From: a virus | Taxonomy: Duplodnaviria > Caudoviricetes | Length of the DNA: 56,601 bases | Reading direction: 5' to 3' (one strand) | IMG/VR virus record: IMGVR_UViG_3300032240_001377 | Span: 1-56,601 of that record | In this document: positions 33,549-42,490 of the stretch, one piece after another | Layout of the letters: every line of letters starts with the position of its first letter | Numbering within the stretch: the first letter of the stretch is position 1 | Notes under the pieces: generated by a model | Told to the model about the DNA's origin: nothing | Databases searched by the model: none | The model's input: the letters and a program-made list of their open reading frames with translations, nothing else | Position numbers and translations under genes: made by a program

Positions 33549-33950
33549 TCAACCGCACTGTTCATCCAGAGAGCCGTTGTTTTTGTGCCATTCTTCTAGC
33601 CTGTCCGCGTCCGTCTCAAATGCGTCCCGCTTGGCCTCTAGGGCGGATTCAAGTTCCTGGCCCTGTTCATCGGTCAACTCCCCGCGCCATAGTTCCCGGC
33701 CGGCATCGTCTAAAAGTTCCTCCGCATAGTCGCGGAAGTCCTGGATATTCTCCCGATGGGTGGAACCGTCGCACCCGTCCTCTGACGCTTTCCAGATACG
33801 GTTTGCCCTGTCTGGGTCTGAAATGAACAAGTCATTCCTAAGCCGCTCAGATTGCCACCGGCAAAACGCTTGCCCGTCATACTGCAAAAGCGCGGAAGTG
33901 GTGGCGGGGAGCCCTTCAATAAGGGCCTTCAATTCAAAGTAGTTTTTCAC
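33549..33950 (-). CDS. Acidic early hypothetical protein
   Basis: GTG start after the motif; Asp/Glu-rich. Confidence 0.55.
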   Translation of the reverse strand: MKNYFELKALIEGLPATTSALLQYDGQAFCRWQSERLRNDLFISDPDRANRIWKASEDGCDGSTHRENIQDFRDYAEELLDDAGRELWRGELTDEQGQELESALEAKRDAFETDADRLEEWHKNNGSLDEQCG

Positions 33951-33958
33951 GGGATAGT

Positions 33959-34033
33959 CTAGGAAATGGCCATAATGGCCAGGATTAGGACGAAAAGGAG
34001 AAGGAAGGCGAGGGATTCCAAAAGGGGTTTCAT
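33959..34033 (-). CDS. 24-aa hydrophobic micropeptide
   Basis: MKPLLESLAFLLLFVLILAIMAIS; fills an intergenic slot. Confidence 0.4.
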   Translation of the reverse strand: MKPLLESLAFLLLFVLILAIMAIS

Positions 34034-34052
34034 TAGTGGAATGGGTTAGTGG

Positions 34053-34502
34053 TTACACTTCGGAAAGGAGGGAAGCGCCGGCCCCGTCGGCTTTTGCGAT
34101 GGCGACAATAAGTTCGATGTCCCGGGACGGTTCAAATTCCACCTCAGCAATCCAAGCGTAAGAAATATCCGCATATTCCCCGGCATTGCCCAGCGCAGTG
34201 TATTCGTTTTCCTCGGCTTCCTCGTGGGTAGGCTGAGGGTCAACAAGCAAGGAATCTCCGAGGCCGGAATCGATTAATTGATCCAATGCGTCCCCGTCAA
34301 AACGGGCCGTTACGGCGGCAATGGCGCCGAACTCGTTGCCGATTACATAAAGCTTCCCGTTGCCGTTTCGGTTTCCCGGATAGCCAATGAAACAATCAGC
34401 CCCGGAAACATTGATCCGGTCGTCGTCCATGGCGAACTGGCCAGCCGGACGGCAATGGAATGGGCCGCCGTTTTGCGCTTTTGTGTGAAGTGTGTATTTC
34501 AT
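34053..34502 (-). CDS. Early hypothetical protein
   Basis: ATG directly after TTCCTAGCC; acidic; LGNAGE motif. Confidence 0.6.
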   Translation of the reverse strand: MKYTLHTKAQNGGPFHCRPAGQFAMDDDRINVSGADCFIGYPGNRNGNGKLYVIGNEFGAIAAVTARFDGDALDQLIDSGLGDSLLVDPQPTHEEAEENEYTALGNAGEYADISYAWIAEVEFEPSRDIELIVAIAKADGAGASLLSEV

Positions 34503-34521
34503 GGCTAGGAAGGTTAGGAAA

Positions 34522-34722
34522 TCAGGCTTTGCGGGGTTGAAATTCAAGGCACGGGCCGGACACGGAAGCGGAAACAAAAAAGTCAGAAAGGCGGAAAGCG
34601 GCCGGACGTTCCGCATCTGGAAAGGGGAGAATAGCGATGCATTCAAAGGGCTGGCCAGCAAACCGGACTTCCGTTTTTAGGCCAGTCCGTTGGAGGAAAT
34701 GGGCAAGGGTTTCGTTGTTCAC
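34522..34722 (-). CDS. First early gene, hypothetical
   Basis: GTG after ATTTCCTAC; TTGACG promoter at 34781-34776. Confidence 0.45.
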   Translation of the reverse strand: MNNETLAHFLQRTGLKTEVRFAGQPFECIAILPFPDAERPAAFRLSDFFVSASVSGPCLEFQPRKA

Positions 34723-34819
34723 GGTGGAAAGTAGGAAATGGGCGACCGGAGAATGTGGGCAAGGGTAGGGACTGGCGTCAATAGGCAAGTTTCCCGTACC
34801 AGCTCCCCAAGAACAGGAC

Positions 34820-35090
34820 CGGCAAAGGGTAAAGGAGGAAGGAACCGGACAGGCTAGACAGGCTACCAGGGAAGGAAGGGAACGGTCTGGAAAGGGAAGG
34901 GAAGGAACGGGCCAGCAAAGGGAAGGAAGGGACGGACAGGCTACCAGGGAAGGGAAGGCTATCCTGGGCAAGGAAGGAATGGAAAGGCCAGCAAGGCTAG
35001 ACAGGGAAGGAAAGGCCAGCAAGGCACGGAAAGGATTGAAGGGTAAAGGGTTAGATGGGGAAGGAAGCCAAACAGGGAAGGGGAGTGAAT
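34820..35090. repeat. Purine-rich low-complexity repeat (GGAAG/GGGAA, ACAGGCTA, GGCCAGCAAG)
   Basis: Degenerate tandem units with extreme strand bias. Confidence 0.8.
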
Positions 35091-35382
35091 AGCGTCCGCA
35101 CTTTTCGCCACAAAGCACTTTGTCCGGCAAAGTGAACTAGAGTTATATTCCGTTCTCACTTGTAAACACTACTGGAACCTTGATTAAACCGTCAAACATA
35201 AACCGTTGCAAATCAAGCAAGCGGAAACGGCTGGCCAGCCCCAGAAACGAGCCCCAAAACAGGAGATCCGGGGGGAGACCTTGGGGTGCCGGTGGCCTGG
35301 TCGCCCTCGATAGAGGGGTATGCGTTCACACGGTTTTGGCCACATAACCATCTACCCATCAACCCTTTAAAACAATGTATTA

Positions 35383-35575
35383 CAGCCTAGCCCACCTACC
35401 CAACCCATTCCCAGTCAGCCACATAGCCCTGTAGCCCTACCTGCCCTACCTAGCCTCGCCTAGCCATTCCCTTCCCCGTCTAGCCCAGCTAACCAGCTCC
35501 GGCCTTGGACGCCCCATCCTGGCAAGCTGGCCTATCCAGCCTACCCTACTACATACTCAAAACACATATAGCCTA
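35383..35575. repeat. C-rich TAGCC/CCTAC repeat tract
   Basis: Roughly the inverse complement of the GGCTA-containing tract at 34820-35090. Confidence 0.7.
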
Positions 35576-35689
35576 GAAATGAGCAGGCCCTTGAAATCGG
35601 TTTTTGGACAGTTTTGTTGATTAGCAAGTACTTGCATGGATCTGGCCCCGGGAAGGAAGGACACCTAGGACAAGCCATGTCTGAGGTGT

Positions 35690-35782
35690 CTGGACAGGGT
35701 AAAAGGGGGTTTGGATGGGGTGGACTTGTGGGTTTTGGATATGAAAGTGGGGGTTGGACTGGGTTTGGACCGGGTTGGACGG
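35690..35782. repeat. G/T-rich TGGAY repeat tract
   Basis: About seven TGGAC/TGGAT units. Confidence 0.6.
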
Positions 35783-35886
35783 TTCCTTACTGGTTCCTCT
35801 CCGTTCTCTCCCTTGGTGGTCTTTCTCTTGGGGAGCATGGATGAGAAACTTTACTATTGACGGTTAGCTGTGTGGTTTCCTAGCCT

Positions 35887-36222
35887 ATGGGCGAGATGAT
35901 CCAACCATTCTCCTACATCACCTCCCACTACGGCGTTCCAGCCTGTATTGGCAGGCGTGTCACCGTGTACGGAAATCCAGCCACCATCGTCCAGGACTGT
36001 GGCCACTACATCGGGATCAACTACGACTCGTCCAAGCCGTCCCATGTGGTGAATGCCCATCCTGTTGACGGGGTGGTCTACATTGACGAGGTGGTGAAGC
36101 CACGCAAACCGTCCCGGTCGGCAGCCCGTTACAGCCGGTTCAATGAGTACGGGGAAGGGTTCAATGACTTCCTGTCCTTCTGCCGTTGGGACGCACAACC
36201 TGAACGGTCCTGGAATACCTGA
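35887..36222 (+). CDS. Hypothetical protein
   Basis: YI..HYGVPA.IGRRV motif; TTGACG promoter at 35857. Confidence 0.65.
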   Translation: MGEMIQPFSYITSHYGVPACIGRRVTVYGNPATIVQDCGHYIGINYDSSKPSHVVNAHPVDGVVYIDEVVKPRKPSRSAARYSRFNEYGEGFNDFLSFCRWDAQPERSWNT

Positions 36223-36223
36223 T

Positions 36224-36610
36224 ATGACCTACCCCATAAAACTGGTGCCCATTGAGGCCCCTCAAACCATCGCCACCACCCACCCGTCCATACCTTCTGT
36301 GGACGTGAAGGACCTCCCGGTCTCGTCCCTGGAAGCCATCGTGAACGAGTTCAGGAACGACCTGTACAGGAAGGCTGGGAAGGAGGCTCCGTTCAATAAC
36401 CGTGGACTGGGACAAGGAACCAACCGCACTTCCGAGGAGTTCTACAAGGAGATGCAGCGGATCAACGACAAGTTTCAGCTACCCAGGCCAGATTACCAGC
36501 CCACCACTGCACCGAACTGGCCTCCCGGCACCATCCTCTGCGGGGCTCAAGACGCCGTGGGAGCCATCACCGCCCAGGAACTCCCCATCTCACCCACCCA
36601 GACCCGATAG
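36224..36610 (+). CDS. Hypothetical protein
   Basis: ORF right after the previous stop. Confidence 0.55.
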   Translation: MTYPIKLVPIEAPQTIATTHPSIPSVDVKDLPVSSLEAIVNEFRNDLYRKAGKEAPFNNRGLGQGTNRTSEEFYKEMQRINDKFQLPRPDYQPTTAPNWPPGTILCGAQDAVGAITAQELPISPTQTR

Positions 36611-36625
36611 CTTGAAAGTTCACCC

Positions 36626-36733
36626 TTGACAGTTTGGCCCGGTTGAACCAGTTTCGCGTCGTTCATCCAGCCCACCCTGTTTGGATGAAGAGTTCATAGC
36701 AGCGGTTCCCGGCTGGTGGGCGTCGGGAGCCGC
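36626..36733 (+). promoter_or_regulatory. Promoter and two-hairpin kissing-loop leader of thyX
   Basis: TTGACA-17-CAGTTT; GCCCACC (36670) complementary to GGTGGGC (36715). Confidence 0.5.
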
Positions 36734-36744
36734 ATTTCAAACAA

Positions 36745-37434
36745 ATGAAAGCCACCCTCATCGCAGCCACTCAACCATTCCTTCCCCACAAGACGGATGA
36801 TCGCCTGCTTACCCCAGAGGAACTGATCGTCTACTGTGCCCGGGTATCCAATCCGTCCAACCAGGAGAACGTCGAGACTGGCGAGAAGCTGCTGCGCTAC
36901 TGCATCAGTCATTCGCATTGGAGCGTCTTTGAAACGGCCTCGCTCACGGTCGAGGTCCAGACATCCCGGGCCATCGCAGCCCAGATCCTGCGCCACCGGA
37001 GCTTTACGTTCCAAGAACACAGTTTAAGGTACGCCGTGGCCACCGAGTTCGAGCCTGTCGAACTTCGCAGCCAGGACACCAAGAACCGGCAGGGGAGCGG
37101 TGAGGTGTTTGATCCAATGCTTGGAGACGAGGTGGTGCGTGCTCCAGCTTCTGAGGTAGTCAGCCTTGCTATTGGGACTTGTGAAGGTGTGTACAATGAC
37201 TTGATTGCAGTTGGCGTCTCCAAGGAAACCGCCCGCATGGTCCTACCGCTCTGCACACGTACCACCATGTACGTCACCGGGAACGTACGTTCCTGGATCC
37301 ACTACTTCCAGCAGCGGTGCAGCCCCCATGCCCAGAAGGAACACCGGCTACTGGCCGAGGCCATCCGGGATACCTGCTTCAAGTCGGTTTTCCCAACCGT
37401 CCACCGGATCATTGGAGATGCCGCCCATGAGTGA
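36745..37434 (+). CDS. thyX: FAD-dependent thymidylate synthase
   Basis: H.SVFE, QILRHRSFTFQEHSLRY, ETARMVLP, HAQKEHR. Confidence 0.95.
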   Translation: MKATLIAATQPFLPHKTDDRLLTPEELIVYCARVSNPSNQENVETGEKLLRYCISHSHWSVFETASLTVEVQTSRAIAAQILRHRSFTFQEHSLRYAVATEFEPVELRSQDTKNRQGSGEVFDPMLGDEVVRAPASEVVSLAIGTCEGVYNDLIAVGVSKETARMVLPLCTRTTMYVTGNVRSWIHYFQQRCSPHAQKEHRLLAEAIRDTCFKSVFPTVHRIIGDAAHE

Positions 37435-37633
37435 CACTCCAAGGACCCTTCAGGAACAGTGCTACGGGACATGTCATGCCGCGTGTGAGCGCATTGACGA
37501 GTTAGAACGAGACCTAACCGCCGCCCACGAGCGAATCAAGCGGCTGGAGGAGGCTGGGGATCGTGCGATCCTAAACTCATATTTGCCTGACCGGTTAGCA
37601 GTATGGAATGCAGCCAAGGAGGTCCAGCCGTGA
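37427..37633 (+). CDS. Hypothetical coiled-coil protein
   Basis: MSDTPRT...ELERDL motif. Confidence 0.6.
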   Translation: MSDTPRTLQEQCYGTCHAACERIDELERDLTAAHERIKRLEEAGDRAILNSYLPDRLAVWNAAKEVQP

Positions 37634-38184
37634 CCTACTCACAAGCCGGCCAGCTTTCGGCGCACCAGTATTGCATGGTGGATGCCGCGTTCATCTCACG
37701 TGGAACAGGTTGGATACCGTGTGTATGGTTTGGTCTGGTGTCCATCCCGGGACGCGCTTGGGGATGCACGGTGATGCTTGAATGCGGGGCGGTGTACCGC
37801 GCCATCCCGCCGCACGCTCTAGCCTTCAGCACCGACGCGGAACCTGACTGGCCCATCAAACGCGCCCAGAGGTGGGACTGCTACGGCCGTGAGTTCTCGA
37901 TTATCGAGTACACCTACCTGCGTGGGCTCAATGTCGAGGCCAACGTTGGAGGGAAGATACTTGAAGGCGAGTACCTGTTCACGGCGGCTCCAATCGACGA
38001 CGGATTCTCCAGGAAGCCTGAACAGGCCAAGGAGTTCATGTTCATCAAGCTGTACAACGGGCGAATTACGATCCAGCCGACGGACAAGGTGCTGTTCCAT
38101 GAGAAATCCTTCGTGGAACCGAAGTGGCCTACCGATTTGGTTTCGATCAGCCAAGTGTATTCGTGCGAGGACATTAAACCATGA
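37630..38184 (+). CDS. Conserved phage hypothetical protein
   Basis: GAVYRAIPPHAL...QRWDCYG...GEYLFT...QP. Confidence 0.7.
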   Translation: MTYSQAGQLSAHQYCMVDAAFISRGTGWIPCVWFGLVSIPGRAWGCTVMLECGAVYRAIPPHALAFSTDAEPDWPIKRAQRWDCYGREFSIIEYTYLRGLNVEANVGGKILEGEYLFTAAPIDDGFSRKPEQAKEFMFIKLYNGRITIQPTDKVLFHEKSFVEPKWPTDLVSISQVYSCEDIKP

Positions 38185-38450
38185 CCACACCACCCCGTTC
38201 ATCCACGTCCACCCTCATCACCGCCCTGCAAATCATCGCCCTGGACATCGAGTCCCAGGACGGGGTGGCCACGGCGGCCCTGCTGGAAGCGGCGGACAGG
38301 ATGAAGGAACTTTACGAAGCCTTGGATGATTCATGTGGTTTGAATGAAAACTGGGCAGCCACCTGTGAACCTGGCGACCTTGAGTATTTCAGCGAGTACA
38401 GGAAGGTAATCAAGCAGGCCCGTCACGCGCTGGGAGAGGCTGAGAAGTGA
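38181..38450 (+). CDS. Hypothetical protein
   Basis: DI.S.DGVA.AA..EAA.R motif. Confidence 0.6.
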   Translation: MTTPPRSSTSTLITALQIIALDIESQDGVATAALLEAADRMKELYEALDDSCGLNENWAATCEPGDLEYFSEYRKVIKQARHALGEAEK

Positions 38451-38581
38451 CCTTCAAGGAATGGAAGGATCAGATGAAGGAGCATTTGGCTGAGGAGTGG
38501 GCGTTCCACAAGCGCCACCCGGAAATGTTCATTCCTTTGGCCATCCTGGCCTACGGTCTGTACGACGCCTTCTTCAAATGA
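38447..38581 (+). CDS. Small hypothetical protein (44 aa)
   Basis: GTGA coupling. Confidence 0.4.
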   Translation: MTFKEWKDQMKEHLAEEWAFHKRHPEMFIPLAILAYGLYDAFFK

Positions 38582-38638
38582 CCGACGCCCGCTACGCTGA
38601 ACTGGACGAGGCTGGCTACCAGGCGGAGGAATGGGAGG

Positions 38639-38827
38639 TTGACAGAGCTGGGCCGGTGTTCTAGGTAGTCCGGCAGACAAGCCGTTCTGGGTGAGGTGAG
38701 AGACATCCAGGGTGGTAGATGATGGAGACATGACCACAGACACTACAATTTTGCCCGTCAGCGTTCAGGTCGCCCGTTCATGTCCGGGCCTCTCCAATTT
38801 CCTGAGCGTTGGCGGGCTTTCTGTTTT
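38639..38827 (+). promoter_or_regulatory. Promoter, leader and 17-bp hairpin with antisense-type complementarity
   Basis: TTGACA at 38639; stem 38753-38769/38801-38817 followed by Ts. Confidence 0.55.
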
Positions 38828-38830
38828 GCT

Positions 38831-39265
38831 ATGACATACTACGAGAAACTGAAGGATCCACGGTGGCAGAAGCTCAGGCTTGAGGTTTTTGAGCGAAACA
38901 AGTGGACATGTTTTGATTGCGGCGCGAAGGACAGGCAACTTCACGCTCACCATGCTTATTACGAAAAAGGACTAGAGCCATGGGATTATGATGCTAATAT
39001 GATTATGTGTCTTTGTGATAAATGTCACACAAGGCGTCATTCTGCTATAGAAATAATTACGTCCTATTCAGGATTGATGCCTATTGGAATGCTTGAAAAC
39101 GTAGCAAAAGTAGTACGTCTTACGAGAGTGATGTACAATTCTAATAATGCACACATAGCAAATAAAGCTCTTAGAATAGCTATAACAACTTTCAAAAATA
39201 AATTAAAATCTAAATCAATGGTCGAGAAGCATGGAGACATAAGTGAGGAGCTAAATGAGCTTTAA
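38831..39265 (+). CDS. HNH endonuclease-like protein
   Basis: Y...L..PRW...R..V..R...C..C...HAHH..Y...LC..CH. Confidence 0.8.
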   Translation: MTYYEKLKDPRWQKLRLEVFERNKWTCFDCGAKDRQLHAHHAYYEKGLEPWDYDANMIMCLCDKCHTRRHSAIEIITSYSGLMPIGMLENVAKVVRLTRVMYNSNNAHIANKALRIAITTFKNKLKSKSMVEKHGDISEELNEL

Positions 39266-40325
39266 GGCTTCAGCTTGGGCGGTTGACCAAAAGGTTGGGA
39301 ACTCTACCGCAAAATTGCTTCTACTAACCCTAGCAGAGGCCGCCTCGATTGAGGATGCTTCATGCTTCCCGTCAAGGGCCACTCTGGCTGACCGGATTGA
39401 GGCATCAGTGGACACTGTGGACAGGATGGTTCGGGTTCTGGCTGACAGGGGATTCATCAGCATTTCAAAACGCCATCGTCCCAATGGATCAGACAGTAGC
39501 AACGTGTACACAATCAACCTGAACAAGGAGCCGCAGATTGCGGCCCCAGCCAGCAAGCCTGTAGTGCAAGGTAGGGCCGCACCAATGCGGCTCCCCCAGC
39601 CGCACAGCTATGCGGCCCCCCCCAGCCGCACCCATGCGGCCCCCATACTAACCGGTCAGTCAGAACCGTCAGTTGAACAGGTCAATTCTTGTCGAGCATG
39701 GAACTCGACGCCAGAGCTACCCAGTCCATCCCATCCTCCTCAAGGCCCTGACAATTCAAACCTCGAAGCACTCCCTTCGGCGGAGCCGAAACCCAACCCC
39801 CATCTCCGCCAGCCCCCCTCCCTTAAACGCGCACCTTCCCTGCCTCTGAGCCCACCTCGGTCTCGAAACCCGCTTCTAGACGCCTTGGCGCTCCACGGCG
39901 GCGCGTCCTTGGATCACATGACACCCAACGAATGGGGCCGGGCAGCTAAGGCACTTAAGGACATCCGGTCAGTGAAGCCGGATCTGTCCATCGAGGACAT
40001 CCGGATTGCGTCTGAGAACTACAAGCAGTTGTACGGAATCTCCCACCTGACGGTGACGGCCCTGTCCAACAACTGGTCCAAGATCCGCCCCGGGGTGGTC
40101 CTTCCCGACCCAAAGAAGTCATCCACACGCCCCGCCTGGGCTATCCGGAAGGACAAGGAGGCTGAAATCGACGCCCTTGAGGAAAAAATGCTCATCCACC
40201 CTGGCAATGCAAACGGCCGTAAGTGCATCCCACATGAGACCAGCGAGGCCACATTTGCAGCGTTTGACCAACTGAAGGCCAAACTGAAGGCCCTCCAAGC
40301 CGAACTGGCCTCCATCCCTGCCTAA
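39255..40325 (+). CDS. Replication initiator with N-terminal winged HTH
   Basis: KLLLLTLAE...CFPSRATLA...TV.R...L...GFI; upstream of DnaB; contains iterons. Confidence 0.75.
   Translation: MSFKASAWAVDQKVGNSTAKLLLLTLAEAASIEDASCFPSRATLADRIEASVDTVDRMVRVLADRGFISISKRHRPNGSDSSNVYTINLNKEPQIAAPASKPVVQGRAAPMRLPQPHSYAAPPSRTHAAPILTGQSEPSVEQVNSCRAWNSTPELPSPSHPPQGPDNSNLEALPSAEPKPNPHLRQPPSLKRAPSLPLSPPRSRNPLLDALALHGGASLDHMTPNEWGRAAKALKDIRSVKPDLSIEDIRIASENYKQLYGISHLTVTALSNNWSKIRPGVVLPDPKKSSTRPAWAIRKDKEAEIDALEEKMLIHPGNANGRKCIPHETSEATFAAFDQLKAKLKALQAELASIPA
39530..39645. repeat. Putative origin iterons GCCGCA-N3-6-TGCGGC x4
   Basis: Copies at 39530, 39576, 39599 and 39625 inside the initiator gene. Confidence 0.65.
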
Positions 40326-41696
40326 ATGAGTGAAATCACCCCATTCAGGCGGACCGGCCGGGCCATCGACCTGTCCAAGCTGGACCGCCTTCCCCCTCAC
40401 TCGATTGAAGCCGAGCAGGGCCTTCTGGGCTGCTGCCTGATGGATCCGAACGAGGTCATCCCGGCAGCCAAGGCGACCATCCAGACCGAAACCCTGTACG
40501 ATTTGCGCCACCAGGCCATCTGGGACTGCCTCGTCAAGCTGATCGAGGCCATGAAACCGGTGGACCTGATCTCGGTCCAGCAGGCCCTGAAGGACGCCAA
40601 CCAGTTGGAGGCTGTGGGCGGGCTGGCCTACCTCAGTTCACTACAAGATGCCTGCCCCAGTGCGGTCAATGCGGCCTACTACACTGCCATCCTCAAGGAA
40701 AAGCAGTTAGCCCGGGACCTTCTCCACGCGGCCAACCAGGTCGCCAGTTCCATCTACGAGAAGGAGGCTGACATCGCCACCATCCTGTCTGGCCATCTCA
40801 ACCAAGTGGAACTGCTGTGCCAGGTGGACTCGTCGGATACCCGTACTTCAGGGCAGGTGATGGCCAAGGTGGTGGACCATGCCCAAGCGGTGTTCCAAGG
40901 AACAGCCCAGCCGGCCATCCTGACCCCGTTTTACACGTACAACCGGTTCGCTGGGGGACTGTGGACCGACGAGCTGGTGGTGGTGTCGGCCAGACCGGGT
41001 GTGGGCAAGACTGCTTGGCTAACCCAACTGGGTGCCCATGTGGCCCAGGAAGTCCCGGTGGGGATGTTCTCGGCCGAGATGAGCGCAGAACAGGTGGTCC
41101 AACGGTTTGTGGGTGGGCTGGCCGGTGTGAACGTCCGGGACATCAAGGAATGGACCCAGGAGGACTTCAAGGCGTTCACCGTGGCAGCCTCGCGGTTCAA
41201 GAACCTGAAGCTGCTCATCAACGACACACCCTGTATCTCCATCGAGAAGATGCGGCCCCTGGCCAAGGAGTGGGTCAGGAAGAAAGGGGTGAAGGTCATC
41301 GTGGTGGACTACCTCCAGAAGCTGACCACCCTGAAGGAATGCGGGAACCGGGAGCAGGAGATCGCCCACATATCTTCAACGTTAAAGCTGATCTCCCGGG
41401 AGAACCACATCACCGTGGTATGCGCCTGCCAGTTGAACCGGGAATCCGAGAAGAAGGGGGCTGGTCGTCCCAAGTTCTCCCAGGCCCGCGAGTCCGGCGC
41501 CATCGAGCAGGATGCGGACGTGGGGGCTGTGCTGTACCGGAACGACGAGGAGGACAACGAGCTGGCCCGCTACCAGTCAAGGCCGTACGAGGTCACGCTG
41601 GATGTCCAGAAGGGACGGAGCGGAGGGGTGTTCCGGGTGTCCATGGTGTTCGACGGCAAGAAGCAGCAGTTCACCGAGAAACCGTTCGAGCCTTGA
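40326..41696 (+). CDS. dnaB: Replicative DNA helicase DnaB
   Basis: PPHSIEAEQ, ARPGVGKT, SAEM, VDYLQ, QLNR, RESGAIEQDAD. Confidence 0.95.
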   Translation: MSEITPFRRTGRAIDLSKLDRLPPHSIEAEQGLLGCCLMDPNEVIPAAKATIQTETLYDLRHQAIWDCLVKLIEAMKPVDLISVQQALKDANQLEAVGGLAYLSSLQDACPSAVNAAYYTAILKEKQLARDLLHAANQVASSIYEKEADIATILSGHLNQVELLCQVDSSDTRTSGQVMAKVVDHAQAVFQGTAQPAILTPFYTYNRFAGGLWTDELVVVSARPGVGKTAWLTQLGAHVAQEVPVGMFSAEMSAEQVVQRFVGGLAGVNVRDIKEWTQEDFKAFTVAASRFKNLKLLINDTPCISIEKMRPLAKEWVRKKGVKVIVVDYLQKLTTLKECGNREQEIAHISSTLKLISRENHITVVCACQLNRESEKKGAGRPKFSQARESGAIEQDADVGAVLYRNDEEDNELARYQSRPYEVTLDVQKGRSGGVFRVSMVFDGKKQQFTEKPFEP

Positions 41697-41772
41697 AACT
41701 TCCCACTTGACGCCATCGACACATTCCACCAACATGTCGATGCCATGAACAATGCCTACTAAACCAGATAAT

Positions 41773-42490
41773 ATGAAAGTAATTCAACTATCAAAAAAAA
41801 GACTGTGATAGATGGGTTCTGGCCAAGCACTATTCAAGACGGGCTCCTATTTACTGGGCTGGGTTTGGGTTGGTGATTGATGGGAATGTTGAAGGGGTTT
41901 GTGTGTATGGACAACCTTCTCCACCAATCCAAAAACACGCATTCAAGGATCGTGATTTCAAGCTGCTTGAACTTTCAAGGCTTGTGGTACAGACAACTCA
42001 GAAGAATGCGGCATCATTCTTGGTTGGTAACAGTCTCCAAATGCTTGATGCGCCGTGTGCGATAGTATCTTATGCAGACAGTGAGCAAGGGCATTCAGGA
42101 ATTGTCTATCAGGCGACCAACTGGATTTACACTGGAGCCACAAAATCACACGACAGCGCCTACATTGTGGACGGTAAAAGGGTTCATCCCATGACTCTGC
42201 GCGATATGGGAATCACCGACCCTGTAAGGTGGGCAAAGGAAAACGGAATAGAAAAAGTACCTCCAATGCCAAAGCACAGGTATTTCCAATTTGTAGGCAA
42301 CAGGCAGCAGATACGGAAAATGAAATGCAAGCTGTCGTACCCTATTGTAAGTGCATACCCTAAAAGCCCTAAATCCAGGTACGATGACGGACCTAAAATA
42401 GTCCACACTGTAAAAGAATATGATTCTTCTGAAGATTGGAACTTGCCACTTTACGGAATAAAAACCCTAGTCCAACAATCACTCCTGTAA
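41773..42490 (+). pseudogene. Mom-like (GNAT) DNA modification gene, frameshifted at an A8 tract
   Basis: A7 would give MKVIQLSKKDCDRWVLAKHYS...GV..YG.P...ELSRL...SYAD..QGH.G..YQATNW.YTG. Confidence 0.75.

Larger units (their letters stand above)
32802..34739 (-). repeat. Dispersed ATTTCCTAG(AC) motif at early-gene junctions
   Basis: Copies or variants at 32802, 32998, 33534, 33957, 34504, 34513 and 34730. Confidence 0.75.

Noticed and set aside
34723-35130. N-terminal extension of the 202-aa ORF 34522-35130
   Set aside because: Pro/Ser/Leu/Phe translation of the low-complexity tract; a promoter lies inside it
34820-35782. Possible CRISPR array
   Set aside because: Degenerate short repeats with no constant repeat-spacer period; no cas genes
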